DNA of 44,966 nt from a virus (lineage: Duplodnaviria > Caudoviricetes): positions 1 to 44,966 of the IMG/VR virus record IMGVR_UViG_3300027672_002563; one strand, written 5' to 3'. The notes beneath the pieces were generated by a model that saw nothing but the letters and a program-made list of their open reading frames with translations, was not told the origin of the DNA and did not search any database. Position numbers and translations under genes: made by a program. Below, one piece after another: positions 35,747 to 44,966 of the stretch. The number at the start of each line of letters is the position of its first letter. Position 1 is the stretch's first letter.

Positions 35747-38700
35747 TTAAATATTAACTTCAAGCGGAGCTACATCTTTACGTGTCCCGTAGATTACATA
35801 GCTATATTGACCGTTGGTTTCTAATCCTCCGACTTTAACTCTTATGTTATTGCGTTCTAGTATGAATAGATTTTGTGCTTGACCGATTGATGTGAGTTGC
35901 ACAGTGACGCTATCTTCATGAACAAGCCAATCCCACTCTTCTGGTAGTAAAATTTCTTCTTGGTCCGACTCTCCTCTTACGCTTACGCCATGTTCGTTAC
36001 TCTCAATACAGCTATACTGAAGCTGACCTCCAGTAACTGGATCATCGATTAAGAAGTTTTTGGTTGTCCCAGTGATCGTGCCAACAACTTGAAGTTTCGA
36101 TGACGGGTTGGTTGTCCCTATACCAACATTTCCATTGCTTCTTATTACTAATCGATCTGTTCCATTGGCACTACCAGTATGCGCCTTAATGGTAAAGGTG
36201 TCGTTGCCTGACCTTCTCCAAGCACTCATTGAGAATCCATAAGCACCAGTTGCCGTAGTAGTACTCAGCGCTATCGATGTTAAACCTGTCTCGTTTGTGG
36301 TCGCGCTAGGGTGGAGCGTCAAGAAGGGGTCTGTGAATGCTGATGTGCTTTGTGCTTTTTTAATGTGGAGTTTTGCTGTTGGGGCAGTAGTTCCTATACC
36401 AACGTTACCAGCACTGGTTATGCTTAATCGGGCATTAGTTCCTAAACTAGAATTATCTGCTATTTCAAATGTGCTACTATTAGTCCCTAAAGAAAAAGTA
36501 TTCGCTGATGAAGCGAATTTTATTTGAGGCATACCAGAAGATGCGCTAATAGCGACTGTACCTGTGCTACCGACATCTCTGGTAAATGTAGCTAATGGGC
36601 CTCCCCCACCACCGCCAAGGACTTTAAGACCTGTTCCTGAAGAAGCGTTATCGTCGATGTGGAGTTTTGCAGTAGGACTAACTGTTCCTATACCAACGTT
36701 ACCGTCAGTTCTGTTTACTACGAAAGCTTGAGGAACATCTGCTGTTCCTATTTCTAACCTATTAGCAGAACCATCATACTTCATCCACGCTTGATGCCCG
36801 CCTCCATCAGTCTCAGCGAAAGCAAGTTTACCACTATTTGCGGAGTTTCCTGTCTCTGCGTTTATTAAAATTGTTGGATCAGAATCCCCTTGAACATTTA
36901 ATAGAGCATTAGGACCAGTTGTTCCTATACCAAAGTTACCTCCTGAATAATATAAATCTGTATTATCCCTTGTCCACATATAGTCCGATCCAAATAATTG
37001 AGGACTAGTTTTAGCTTGACCAGAGTAAGTTGACTCCACCCTGTAAGTAACTGAATATGCGCTAGCGTGATCATTAAATATTAAAGCGTTATTTCCACTT
37101 ACTGTCAATTCGGGATGATTGCTTGAAAGTCCAGTAGAGCTTACCCTGTGAGCTACCCAAGCGGTATCTGCTGAATTTCTATAGACTATATAAACAGAAC
37201 TATTATAAGTGCCAGTGCCAATAGTTGTTAAATAAAACTTATATTGGAATTGGGTTGTTAATGTTGTGCCTTGCTCATCGTTTAAGTTTGCTGTTAAGGA
37301 ATATGAAGATCCTATTCCAGCAGGGACAACCCCAGAGTCTGAATAAAACCTCTTGAAACCTAACATAGCGCCACTACCTGAAGGTAATGTGAGTTTCTCG
37401 ACAGGACTAAATGTTCCTATACCAACGTTACCAGAAGTAATATTTATATTACCTCTGCTATTCCCCAACTCAACATTGCCTAAATTGTGTTTAAGGAAAA
37501 ACTGATCAGGATTTCCCGCTGATGAGTTGCCACTTAATAAAATATTACCACTATCACTTGTATGGACATCAATTCCTGAATTTGTGTTAACGAGAAACTT
37601 AGCATTTGATTGGATCTGCGAATTGTTGATTATGAACTTATTAGTGGTTCCTCCATTCGCTCTAAACTGTATCTCTCCTGCACTTGCCATTGAGACGTTA
37701 GCAGATCCAAATGTAAATTCTAAATCTGCACTGCTACTTCTTTGAAACTTTATAGTTGGCCCCGCTGAATCAACTATATGTAATGTGCGACTTGGACTAA
37801 CTGTTCCTATACCAACGCTGCCTTCAAAATAATTTTTGTCACCTTCTACATATACCCCCCATGCATTTGAGCCTTTGGTCCCTTGGTAATCCCCTTTGAA
37901 TAAATATTGAGTGCCGAAGTTAGGTGTGGAGTCTTCATTATTATCTATAATTGATGACACACCAATCATTGTGCCATAATCTATGGCAGCGTCTTTATCT
38001 ATTTGAATCTCTCCCTCAACTCCTTTTGTAACACCAACATTAGCAGCGCCTCTACTTGTAGGTATGATTACTTTAAAATAACCACCAGAAGTATTATCTA
38101 CATCACCTAGATCTTGTATGGAGGCAATGCCAAGCACGCCATACATATTTGATACCCCTCCAGAGGCAGAATTTGCATCATGAATAACACTCGCATATAA
38201 TCCAGCTAATTGCGATGTTTTTCCTCCTGCATAGTTTGATTCAACGTAAAAATACCCGCCACGAACAACATCTGAAAAACCAGTAAATCTAACATCAGAA
38301 TTAACGCCATATAGCCTATGCTCGTTAGACGCATCCCCATTGGCAGATGAATCTATATCTAATACTAAACCAGCATTTGTTCTATCAGCTGTGGTGTTGT
38401 CAGCACCACTTAAATCCATGTCGATTTTTACGGCATTTGTAGAAACATTCGCATCACTCCTTGTGTGTTGAATACTTAAAGTGTTAGGGTCTGTCGAGGT
38501 GGCCCAACTCTGAATTTCTAGTCTAGCATTTGGACTAGTTGTTCCTATACCAACGTTACCGTTAGTAGCATCTATAGTTAATACATCTCCATTGGCGCTA
38601 TCCCCTAAACGTATATCACTACCAAAACCATAAACTCTTACTATGTTACCAGCAGTTGGCCCAAGAGAAGGATGACCACCAATATAAAATATATTGTCAG

Positions 38701-40618
38701 AATGCCAACCTACTCCTCCCGCAAGCGCCCCACCATATCTAGTAAATTCAACTCTATTGTAATCGCTACCACCACCATTACCTACTCTGATATCCCCGCC
38801 TACGTGTAGTTTTTCTGCTGGATTAGTTACTCCTATACCAACGTTGCCACTGAAGTAATTTTTTTGTTCCCCTTTTGTGTATATACCATATCTTGTTCCA
38901 GCAGTCACTCCACTTAAATCGCCAAAAAACCCGTAAGAAGAACTACTACCAGTTCCTTTTATCACGGTATGGTAACCAATAGAGTTGGTTCCCCCTTCAG
39001 CCCCATAATCGACATCAGACCAAAAACCAATATTACCTCCGAATCCACTTGACCAAGATGAATTATTAACAGGTATATCTGTTGTGTTACCTGATCCAAC
39101 AATTGCTCCAAAACCTAGACCTCTGGGGTAGGAAACGCCTGTTGTCGTAAAGTTAGCGCTGGCTGAATACGCTTTAGCTAAATATGTACCTATTTGCCCC
39201 CCAGAATAAGCATTTACTATAGCCGTTCCATTTGTATTGTTTATATGTAATGCACTACTTATTTTAGCTGCGCCATTAACCTCAAGCTTATAGCTAGGAC
39301 TCGTTGTTCCTATACCAACGTTACCGTTGGAGCCAATCCGCATTTTTTCTGAGCCATTATTAGTTTGAAACGTCAAAAATCCTCCTGTAGTCCCCCCTCC
39401 TCTACAATAAGCTATTGTCGCATTTTCAGTAGAACTATAATAAATACCTTGCCTAAATACAGGTGTGTTTGTGTTTGTGGCTTCTACGACGGTAGAAAAT
39501 CTAAAGTTTGTTTCACCACCATTAATTATGTTAGTTGCGACTGACCCAACGCTTTGAACTAACTCTAGTTTGGCGCTAGGACTAGTCGTTCCTATACCAA
39601 CGTTACCTGCGACAGTAAAGTTGTCTACCCCAGGATCTGTTGTGGGGTATTCTCCTATTGCTACACCGCGAGAAGCATATACAGACATTGCTCCATTGGC
39701 TCCAGCGGATAACCGTAACCCGTGGGTTGGGCTTCCTCCTGCCGTAATCCATGCGGCATTAGTGTTCGCGCCCATAGCTGCATATTTGCTTCCATTGTAA
39801 GCTCTAATTGAGGAGGTGCTTGTGCTTTCAACGTGGAGTTCGGAGCTTGGATTATTTGTTCCTATACCAACGTTACCACCATCTTGAATAAACATTTCGG
39901 TGGTAGTCCCACCATCTGTAGAGAAAATTATACCTTCAGTAGAAGCATTTGGATTGGCTAATATTCTAAGGCTTTCATTTGTTGGTCCTATGATATCCCT
40001 AGCTCCTCCGTCTCCTAACTTAATATTACCATCTACTTCAAGAAGCTCTGTGGGACTAGTCGTTCCTATACCAACGTTACCAGCGCTTGTTATGCTAAGC
40101 CGTGGGTTTGTTCCTAGGGAAGCATTGTCTGCGATTTCAAACGTGCTGCCATTCGCTCCTAACGCAAAAGTGTTAGCTGCTGAAGCGAACGATATTTGGG
40201 GATCACCATTACTTGAATTTATAGCGATTGTCCCTGAACTGCCGACATCTCTTGTGAATGTTGCAAGTGGACCACCACCCCCCCCTCCAGTGACCTTAAG
40301 GCCTGTTCCAGAAGAAGCGTCATCGTCGATATGTAACTTTGTCGTCGGACTAGTTGTTCCTATACCAACGTTAGTTCCATTATCATAAACAAGACTATTA
40401 GTAATTGTGTTTGCATCTAGCCATTTAGATAGATAGTTCGCAGTCCCAGTTCCGTCTACGCCAGAGATTTCACTAAGTGTAACCCAGTCAGTGCCTGTAG
40501 ATGTAGAGCTTAATACTTGGCCGTTAGTTCCTGCTGAACTATTAGCGTCATATAAAATCCCCTCTAGCTCTAGAGAACTAGCGACTTTTAAATCTGTGTT
40601 TATATTCCTTGTCGGCAT
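35747..40618 (-). CDS. Long tail fibre/receptor-binding protein with 13 GNVGIGT repeats and a conserved chaperone-like C-terminal domain
   Basis: G/S/T/N-rich; repeated GNVGIGTTSP..KL.V; C-terminal KNF.ID.P...RG...LP..W..LV...TVQLT...G.RKD. Confidence 0.88.
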   Translation of the reverse strand: MPTRNINTDLKVASSLELEGILYDANSSAGTNGQVLSSTSTGTDWVTLSEISGVDGTGTANYLSKWLDANTITNSLVYDNGTNVGIGTTSPTTKLHIDDDASSGTGLKVTGGGGGGPLATFTRDVGSSGTIAINSSNGDPQISFASAANTFALGANGSTFEIADNASLGTNPRLSITSAGNVGIGTTSPTELLEVDGNIKLGDGGARDIIGPTNESLRILANPNASTEGIIFSTDGGTTTEMFIQDGGNVGIGTNNPSSELHVESTSTSSIRAYNGSKYAAMGANTNAAWITAGGSPTHGLRLSAGANGAMSVYASRGVAIGEYPTTDPGVDNFTVAGNVGIGTTSPSAKLELVQSVGSVATNIINGGETNFRFSTVVEATNTNTPVFRQGIYYSSTENATIAYCRGGGTTGGFLTFQTNNGSEKMRIGSNGNVGIGTTSPSYKLEVNGAAKISSALHINNTNGTAIVNAYSGGQIGTYLAKAYSASANFTTTGVSYPRGLGFGAIVGSGNTTDIPVNNSSWSSGFGGNIGFWSDVDYGAEGGTNSIGYHTVIKGTGSSSSYGFFGDLSGVTAGTRYGIYTKGEQKNYFSGNVGIGVTNPAEKLHVGGDIRVGNGGGSDYNRVEFTRYGGALAGGVGWHSDNIFYIGGHPSLGPTAGNIVRVYGFGSDIRLGDSANGDVLTIDATNGNVGIGTTSPNARLEIQSWATSTDPNTLSIQHTRSDANVSTNAVKIDMDLSGADNTTADRTNAGLVLDIDSSANGDASNEHRLYGVNSDVRFTGFSDVVRGGYFYVESNYAGGKTSQLAGLYASVIHDANSASGGVSNMYGVLGIASIQDLGDVDNTSGGYFKVIIPTSRGAANVGVTKGVEGEIQIDKDAAIDYGTMIGVSSIIDNNEDSTPNFGTQYLFKGDYQGTKGSNAWGVYVEGDKNYFEGSVGIGTVSPSRTLHIVDSAGPTIKFQRSSSADLEFTFGSANVSMASAGEIQFRANGGTTNKFIINNSQIQSNAKFLVNTNSGIDVHTSDSGNILLSGNSSAGNPDQFFLKHNLGNVELGNSRGNINITSGNVGIGTFSPVEKLTLPSGSGAMLGFKRFYSDSGVVPAGIGSSYSLTANLNDEQGTTLTTQFQYKFYLTTIGTGTYNSSVYIVYRNSADTAWVAHRVSSTGLSSNHPELTVSGNNALIFNDHASAYSVTYRVESTYSGQAKTSPQLFGSDYMWTRDNTDLYYSGGNFGIGTTGPNALLNVQGDSDPTILINAETGNSANSGKLAFAETDGGGHQAWMKYDGSANRLEIGTADVPQAFVVNRTDGNVGIGTVSPTAKLHIDDNASSGTGLKVLGGGGGGPLATFTRDVGSTGTVAISASSGMPQIKFASSANTFSLGTNSSTFEIADNSSLGTNARLSITSAGNVGIGTTAPTAKLHIKKAQSTSAFTDPFLTLHPSATTNETGLTSIALSTTTATGAYGFSMSAWRRSGNDTFTIKAHTGSANGTDRLVIRSNGNVGIGTTNPSSKLQVVGTITGTTKNFLIDDPVTGGQLQYSCIESNEHGVSVRGESDQEEILLPEEWDWLVHEDSVTVQLTSIGQAQNLFILERNNIRVKVGGLETNGQYSYVIYGTRKDVAPLEVNI

Positions 40619-43600
40619 CTTCTTTTTGTTTTAAATTTTTATGCGTAAGTGTCGTTTATAGATTGCCCTATAGCTTCTACTGATACTCTTGGCGTGTAGC
40701 TCTTTGTCCCTGATCTTGATTTAAATGTAAACGTGATAGTCGATCCATTCGCTGATGCGGTTACATCAAAGTCATTCGTTCCTTCATCGATTACTTTTTG
40801 GGTGTTCCATGTATTGGAAACATTGTGACAACTATAAACAATCTTCTGATAACCTCCATGGCCGAAGCAGGTGAACGTGAAGCCAGCTGAAGATCCATTT
40901 GTATTACTGGTTAGACCAGCTACTGCGTAGCCAGTTGTGGTGAGGGAACCAGCAGACTGTTCGTATGTGACTTTTCCTCCAGCTTTAATTCCTCCACTGA
41001 CATCGAGTTTGTAACTAGGGCTTGTGTTTCCTATACCAACATTACCACCACCAGCAGCCATAAGAACATCAGCGGAGTGAGAATCATTAATATGAACTTT
41101 ACTCGTAGATTTACCACCTCTGATATAAGTATCTTCACTTGTACTGTAATTAAACCAAGAATGGTTTACTGTCCCCCTGAATTTAGAAGATCCAACGACA
41201 TCTAAGTTAGCACTTGGACTCGTTATTCCTATACCAACGTTACCAGAAGATAATACCGATATATTAGTGGCTGCAGCCGTATCTGCCATTCCGAACGAAG
41301 CTATACCCCCTTCTGCAATTACATATGCAGTAGTATCATTATCAGATACCACTAGTTTGGCTCTATTGGTTCTAGATTTTATTGTAAGACCAACTTCTGT
41401 GCCGCCCTCTGAATTAAATATGGCAGTTTTTGTCTGCCCTGACACGCTGTTTCCAAGCTGGAGTCCGACTGATGGTGCAGTTGTTCCTATACCAACGTTG
41501 CCATTAGCAGCTAAACGCATAACTTCTACACCATTACCACTAGTGAATCTTAAGAAATTGCTAGTAGCTGTAGTGCCAACAGACATTAGACTATTATTAG
41601 GATCGTATATCACCACCGCACCAGTAGTGTCACCTGTAGTTCCAAATACTAATTTTTGTTTCTGTGCGCCTCCACCACCTGTGCCAATAAGTGATATACC
41701 TCCTGCCGTCGATGATTCAATAACCACTGTATCTCCTTCAGAATCAGGAGTATAAGAAGCTGCACTACCAGATAAAACATGTAATTGCGCTTTAGGGCTA
41801 GTTCCTCCTATGATTAAACCACTAGCGGGAATAGATACGTTACCACCAGCTCCATTTAGATACAGCTGTGTATTATTATCAGATAAGTCTGTTACCTGTA
41901 TAGAATCCCTTCCTATTTTTATTTTTCTTGCGTTATCTTGGACTACTAAAGCATCAGAATCAGAACCTGTTGAAACAATATTTAATTTAGTAGCTGGACT
42001 AGCTGTTCCTATACCAACGTTACCCCCTTGACGGGCGGTCATAAATCTCGAATTTACACCCGAACTATTAATAAGACCAAAGTGGGCAACAGCTTGGTCA
42101 TCTGGTTCAGCGCCAGCCCCGCCCCTACCTGCTTCAATTAGTAGCCCTCTATCATTACTATGATTTATCAACAGTGCAGCTCCTGAATCGTTAGCATCAC
42201 TACCTGCCTGTAGGCGTTGCACAAGATGGAAAGCTCCTGAAGCAGAACTGCCTTTAACATGGAGATTAGGAGCGTTTAATGTTAAATCTCCATCAGTTGG
42301 ACTAGTTGTCCCTATACCAAGATTTCCTGAGTTATCAAATCTAGCTGCTTCAGTAAGATTCGGAGAGAATATAATAGCAGACGGATTGGCCCCTTGGTTA
42401 CTAGAGTAGGTAGATAAAGTCAACTGAGCTTCAGCTACTGAAGACTGAACATAATTCGTATAACCAGATCCTGTTTTTTGTTTAATCGTCCCTATTACTT
42501 CTAACTTTTGACTAGGATTAGTTATCCCTATGCCAACGTTTTGATCACTATGTTGAATTACTAATGCGGTTGAGTTTCCTCCTGAACCTGTTTTTATTTG
42601 GAAATAATTACTCCCAGAACCTAGAACAGCATCATTACCCCCGCTTTGGTTTAGACGTAGTTGGGTAGATGAACTACTGTCTATAATATGTAATTTGCTT
42701 TCTGGAGTGGTGACTCCCATACCAACGTTACCATTTTTTAATAAAATAATACCATTAGTACTCGTATAGGCTGTTCCTGTTGTAGCGTCATCAATAACCC
42801 AGTAAGCTCTATTCGTAGTTGTGGCATCACCTAGAACACCAAAAAATACATTACCTGTTGAATCGCTAGTGACAATCTTATTCTCTCTTGCCCACCCTCC
42901 TGATGTTAATTCTGAAATATCTAATTGAGTTCCATAAGTAAAATTCTCAAAATGCCCTCCAGTAATTCCATCTAAAATCCAGCTACCGTCAACATGCAAT
43001 TTAGCATTAGGACTTGTTGTCCCTATACCTATACTATTTGTCGTCGTATTCCCATTATCTGTCACCTCTTGCAAAGTATCAGATGCTCCAACTTGAGCAT
43101 CTACATATGCTTTGTTGGCTGCATCAGTAGCAGCGGAAACAGTATCTATACCTTGTATTCTTCCAGTTCCCCATAAAGTGATATCGCCGCCATTCACTTC
43201 GAGGTCACCAGTAATGTATACTCCTGTGGATCTTGTTTCAAACTTCTTGGAGTTATCGTAGTAAAGTTCTACAGCACCATTAGCATAGAAATTTGCTAAC
43301 GATTCGCCAGCCACGTTCCTGAAGAGTAGGTGAACACCTGCATCGATTATTAGGTTTCCTGTCCCGTTGTCTATATAACTATTAGAACCATCATGGTAGA
43401 TTTGTAAGTCCTGACTTGCGCCAAGTTTAATCTTACCTCCATCACCGTCATTCTGCATCAAAAGGTCTTTATTCGCAACTAATGACATTATACCGCCATC
43501 TAATCTAAGGTATTCTGCTACTCCACCAGAACCATCGTCTGATCGGAAGATAATATCAGCATCATTAGCGTTCTGAGTTATAAAGAGATTGCCTAAATAA

Positions 43601-44613
43601 TTATTAATAGAACTACTAGAACCATTATGCAACATCTGGAAATCGCCACCTGTCCCTAACTTAATTACAACGTTGTCAGAAAGCTTTAAAGAATTATCTG
43701 AATCATCAACTTGGACATACCCACTATTTGTTGTATTAACCAAAAAGTCGCCGCCATCAATCTCAAGCTTATATGATGGACTAGTTGTTCCTATACCAAC
43801 GTTACCTGTATTATCATTAGATATATCGTTACCATTAGCGCTCCAATAAACATCATCACCACCAGAAGCTCCTGCTGTCAATTCGCTTAGCGTGGGTTCT
43901 GACCCATCCACCACATAAAATGCTGGTTTAGCGAAGTCCAGCTTCGCGGTAGGACTGGTTGAGTAGTAATGATAGACTCTTTGTTGTTGTAGTGTGTTTG
44001 ATGGCTTTTGTCTAAAAGTGTTAGCTCCTGAGATTTTAACTCCAGTATCTAATCTATAAATTCCACCTAAAGAAGATGTAGCAGTATTAGAATCGTTGGC
44101 TGCATATATCACTCCAATAGAGACACACCAAACATTTTCTGGGAGAGTTGATATAGAAGGAGAGTGGAAATATGGATTGGTATTGGCGCTACCATCTAAG
44201 TTGTTTGTGCTGTTGTAACTACAACCATGATAAAAAGAGCCGCTTGATGCCGAAGAACTTCTTTTAACATATACTACAGATATAAAGCCATTCACTGCGG
44301 AATTGTCGAAACCATCCATATATTTGTTCCAACCACCATCATCGTTACTGTCCGTTTCAGGTATCGTCTTCCATATAAGCTCTCTTAATCCAAATGGGCC
44401 AATATCATATTCAATTTTGTTTTCTGTAGAAGGGCCATTAGAAGTAAAGTTCCCACCGAAATATCCTACTGCGCTACTTACGGCTGTAGAAACAGCCCAG
44501 CCTTCAGATGTAGCATAATTTGTGGCTATGCCTCTAGTTTTACTTCTCGTATATGTATTACCATTGATCTCAAGTTTTTCTGTAGGATTTGTCGCTCCTA
44601 TACCAACGTTACC
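36114..44613. repeat. Dispersed in-frame 20-29-bp direct repeat array (GTTCCTATACCAACGTTACC)
   Basis: Perfect copies at 36390, 36684, 37413, 38541, 39306, 39588, 39858, 40062, 42005 and 43787. One mismatch at 36921, 41225, 41483 and 44594. Two mismatches at 37803, 40356 and 41027. More degenerate at 36114, 38829, 42308, 42524 and 42713. Confidence 0.92.
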
Positions 44614-44964
44614 ACTCGTTCCATCAATTGTTACACGGTCTGCTGATCCTCCAGCTCTTAATACTAAATCATCATCTGTATCAATAGTTCCAATAAAGAG
44701 TGGGCCTCCTTTGGACGCTATTTCGTTATTATCAATACCAATACCCGCGCTAGATGTACCAGCGAGAAAATATGCATTAGCCAAATTAGACCAACCAATT
44801 GTCGAGCTGCCTACTACATTCAGTTTGGATGCTGGATTCGTTGTTCCAATACCCAAACCTGTGTTGGTTACTCTCATTCGTTCAACCTCGTCAGTAACGA
44901 ATTGAATGTTATCGGTATTACTGCCCCCTTCTAAAATTATCTTATTATCATTGTTTAGAGTCCT
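40639..44964 (-). CDS. Long tail fibre-like protein, 5' end outside the window
   Basis: The frame stays open upstream of M 44877 to the window edge. Contains GNVGIGT repeats and the fibre motifs DAANKAYVD and DTLQEVTDNGNTTTN. Confidence 0.88.
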   Translation of the reverse strand, partial: RTLNNDNKIILEGGSNTDNIQFVTDEVERMRVTNTGLGIGTTNPASKLNVVGSSTIGWSNLANAYFLAGTSSAGIGIDNNEIASKGGPLFIGTIDTDDDLVLRAGGSADRVTIDGTSGNVGIGATNPTEKLEINGNTYTRSKTRGIATNYATSEGWAVSTAVSSAVGYFGGNFTSNGPSTENKIEYDIGPFGLRELIWKTIPETDSNDDGGWNKYMDGFDNSAVNGFISVVYVKRSSSASSGSFYHGCSYNSTNNLDGSANTNPYFHSPSISTLPENVWCVSIGVIYAANDSNTATSSLGGIYRLDTGVKISGANTFRQKPSNTLQQQRVYHYYSTSPTAKLDFAKPAFYVVDGSEPTLSELTAGASGGDDVYWSANGNDISNDNTGNVGIGTTSPSYKLEIDGGDFLVNTTNSGYVQVDDSDNSLKLSDNVVIKLGTGGDFQMLHNGSSSSINNYLGNLFITQNANDADIIFRSDDGSGGVAEYLRLDGGIMSLVANKDLLMQNDGDGGKIKLGASQDLQIYHDGSNSYIDNGTGNLIIDAGVHLLFRNVAGESLANFYANGAVELYYDNSKKFETRSTGVYITGDLEVNGGDITLWGTGRIQGIDTVSAATDAANKAYVDAQVGASDTLQEVTDNGNTTTNSIGIGTTSPNAKLHVDGSWILDGITGGHFENFTYGTQLDISELTSGGWARENKIVTSDSTGNVFFGVLGDATTTNRAYWVIDDATTGTAYTSTNGIILLKNGNVGMGVTTPESKLHIIDSSSSTQLRLNQSGGNDAVLGSGSNYFQIKTGSGGNSTALVIQHSDQNVGIGITNPSQKLEVIGTIKQKTGSGYTNYVQSSVAEAQLTLSTYSSNQGANPSAIIFSPNLTEAARFDNSGNLGIGTTSPTDGDLTLNAPNLHVKGSSASGAFHLVQRLQAGSDANDSGAALLINHSNDRGLLIEAGRGGAGAEPDDQAVAHFGLINSSGVNSRFMTARQGGNVGIGTASPATKLNIVSTGSDSDALVVQDNARKIKIGRDSIQVTDLSDNNTQLYLNGAGGNVSIPASGLIIGGTSPKAQLHVLSGSAASYTPDSEGDTVVIESSTAGGISLIGTGGGGAQKQKLVFGTTGDTTGAVVIYDPNNSLMSVGTTATSNFLRFTSGNGVEVMRLAANGNVGIGTTAPSVGLQLGNSVSGQTKTAIFNSEGGTEVGLTIKSRTNRAKLVVSDNDTTAYVIAEGGIASFGMADTAAATNISVLSSGNVGIGITSPSANLDVVGSSKFRGTVNHSWFNYSTSEDTYIRGGKSTSKVHINDSHSADVLMAAGGGNVGIGNTSPSYKLDVSGGIKAGGKVTYEQSAGSLTTTGYAVAGLTSNTNGSSAGFTFTCFGHGGYQKIVYSCHNVSNTWNTQKVIDEGTNDFDVTASANGSTITFTFKSRSGTKSYTPRVSVEAIGQSINDTYA

Positions 44965-44966
44965 TA

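Noticed and set aside
36114-44613. CRISPR array interpretation of the 20-29-bp repeats
   Set aside because: Spacers are roughly 190-800 bp, irregular and in-frame coding, and no cas1/cas2 or leader is present.
36297-44905. Plus-strand ORFs with repeated VVPIPTLP
   Set aside because: Antisense shadows of the GNVGIGTT repeats.
35747-44964. DGR or invertible shufflon acting on the fibre genes
   Set aside because: No reverse transcriptase or invertase in the window. All repeats are direct, and the duplicated module's differences do not appear restricted to adenines.

Overview
This is a gene-dense, AT-rich 45-kb segment of a large tailed bacteriophage. It uses the standard genetic code, and I saw no rRNA, tRNA, CRISPR array, integrase or transposase. 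From left to right: (1) a minus-strand block of a sigma70-family factor, SSB, a GT4 glycosyltransferase, Hsp20 and a truncated ORF; (2) a divergent AT-rich intergenic region with a phased ACGT array and a perfect orphan promoter; (3) nrdB-nrdA with class Id signatures; (4) a 12-gene nucleotide-sugar/glycan cluster ending in gmd; (5) a replication/recombination module of RecA, an endonuclease, DnaB, an atypical DnaG, a Cas4-like nuclease and a Pol III split into PHP + DnaQ + DnaE genes; (6) a ClpA/C ATPase and a probable pseudokinase; (7) an operon mixing ssDNA-binding proteins (Whirly-like, Rad52/Sak-like, DUF736-like) with glycosyltransferases; (8) two giant minus-strand tail-fibre-like genes. 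The strongest unexplained signal is in the fibre genes. About 22 copies of a 20-29-bp DNA repeat (GTTCCTATACCAACGTTACC, 10 perfect) are fixed even at synonymous positions and separate variable in-frame modules. One module is duplicated exactly from repeat to repeat, which suggests a cassette-shuffling system for receptor-binding modules. Also notable are a recurrent leaderless promoter architecture (-35/16-17/-10/5 nt/start) and a second GTGTAA promoter class. All protein calls come from recognising motifs by eye, with no database searches.
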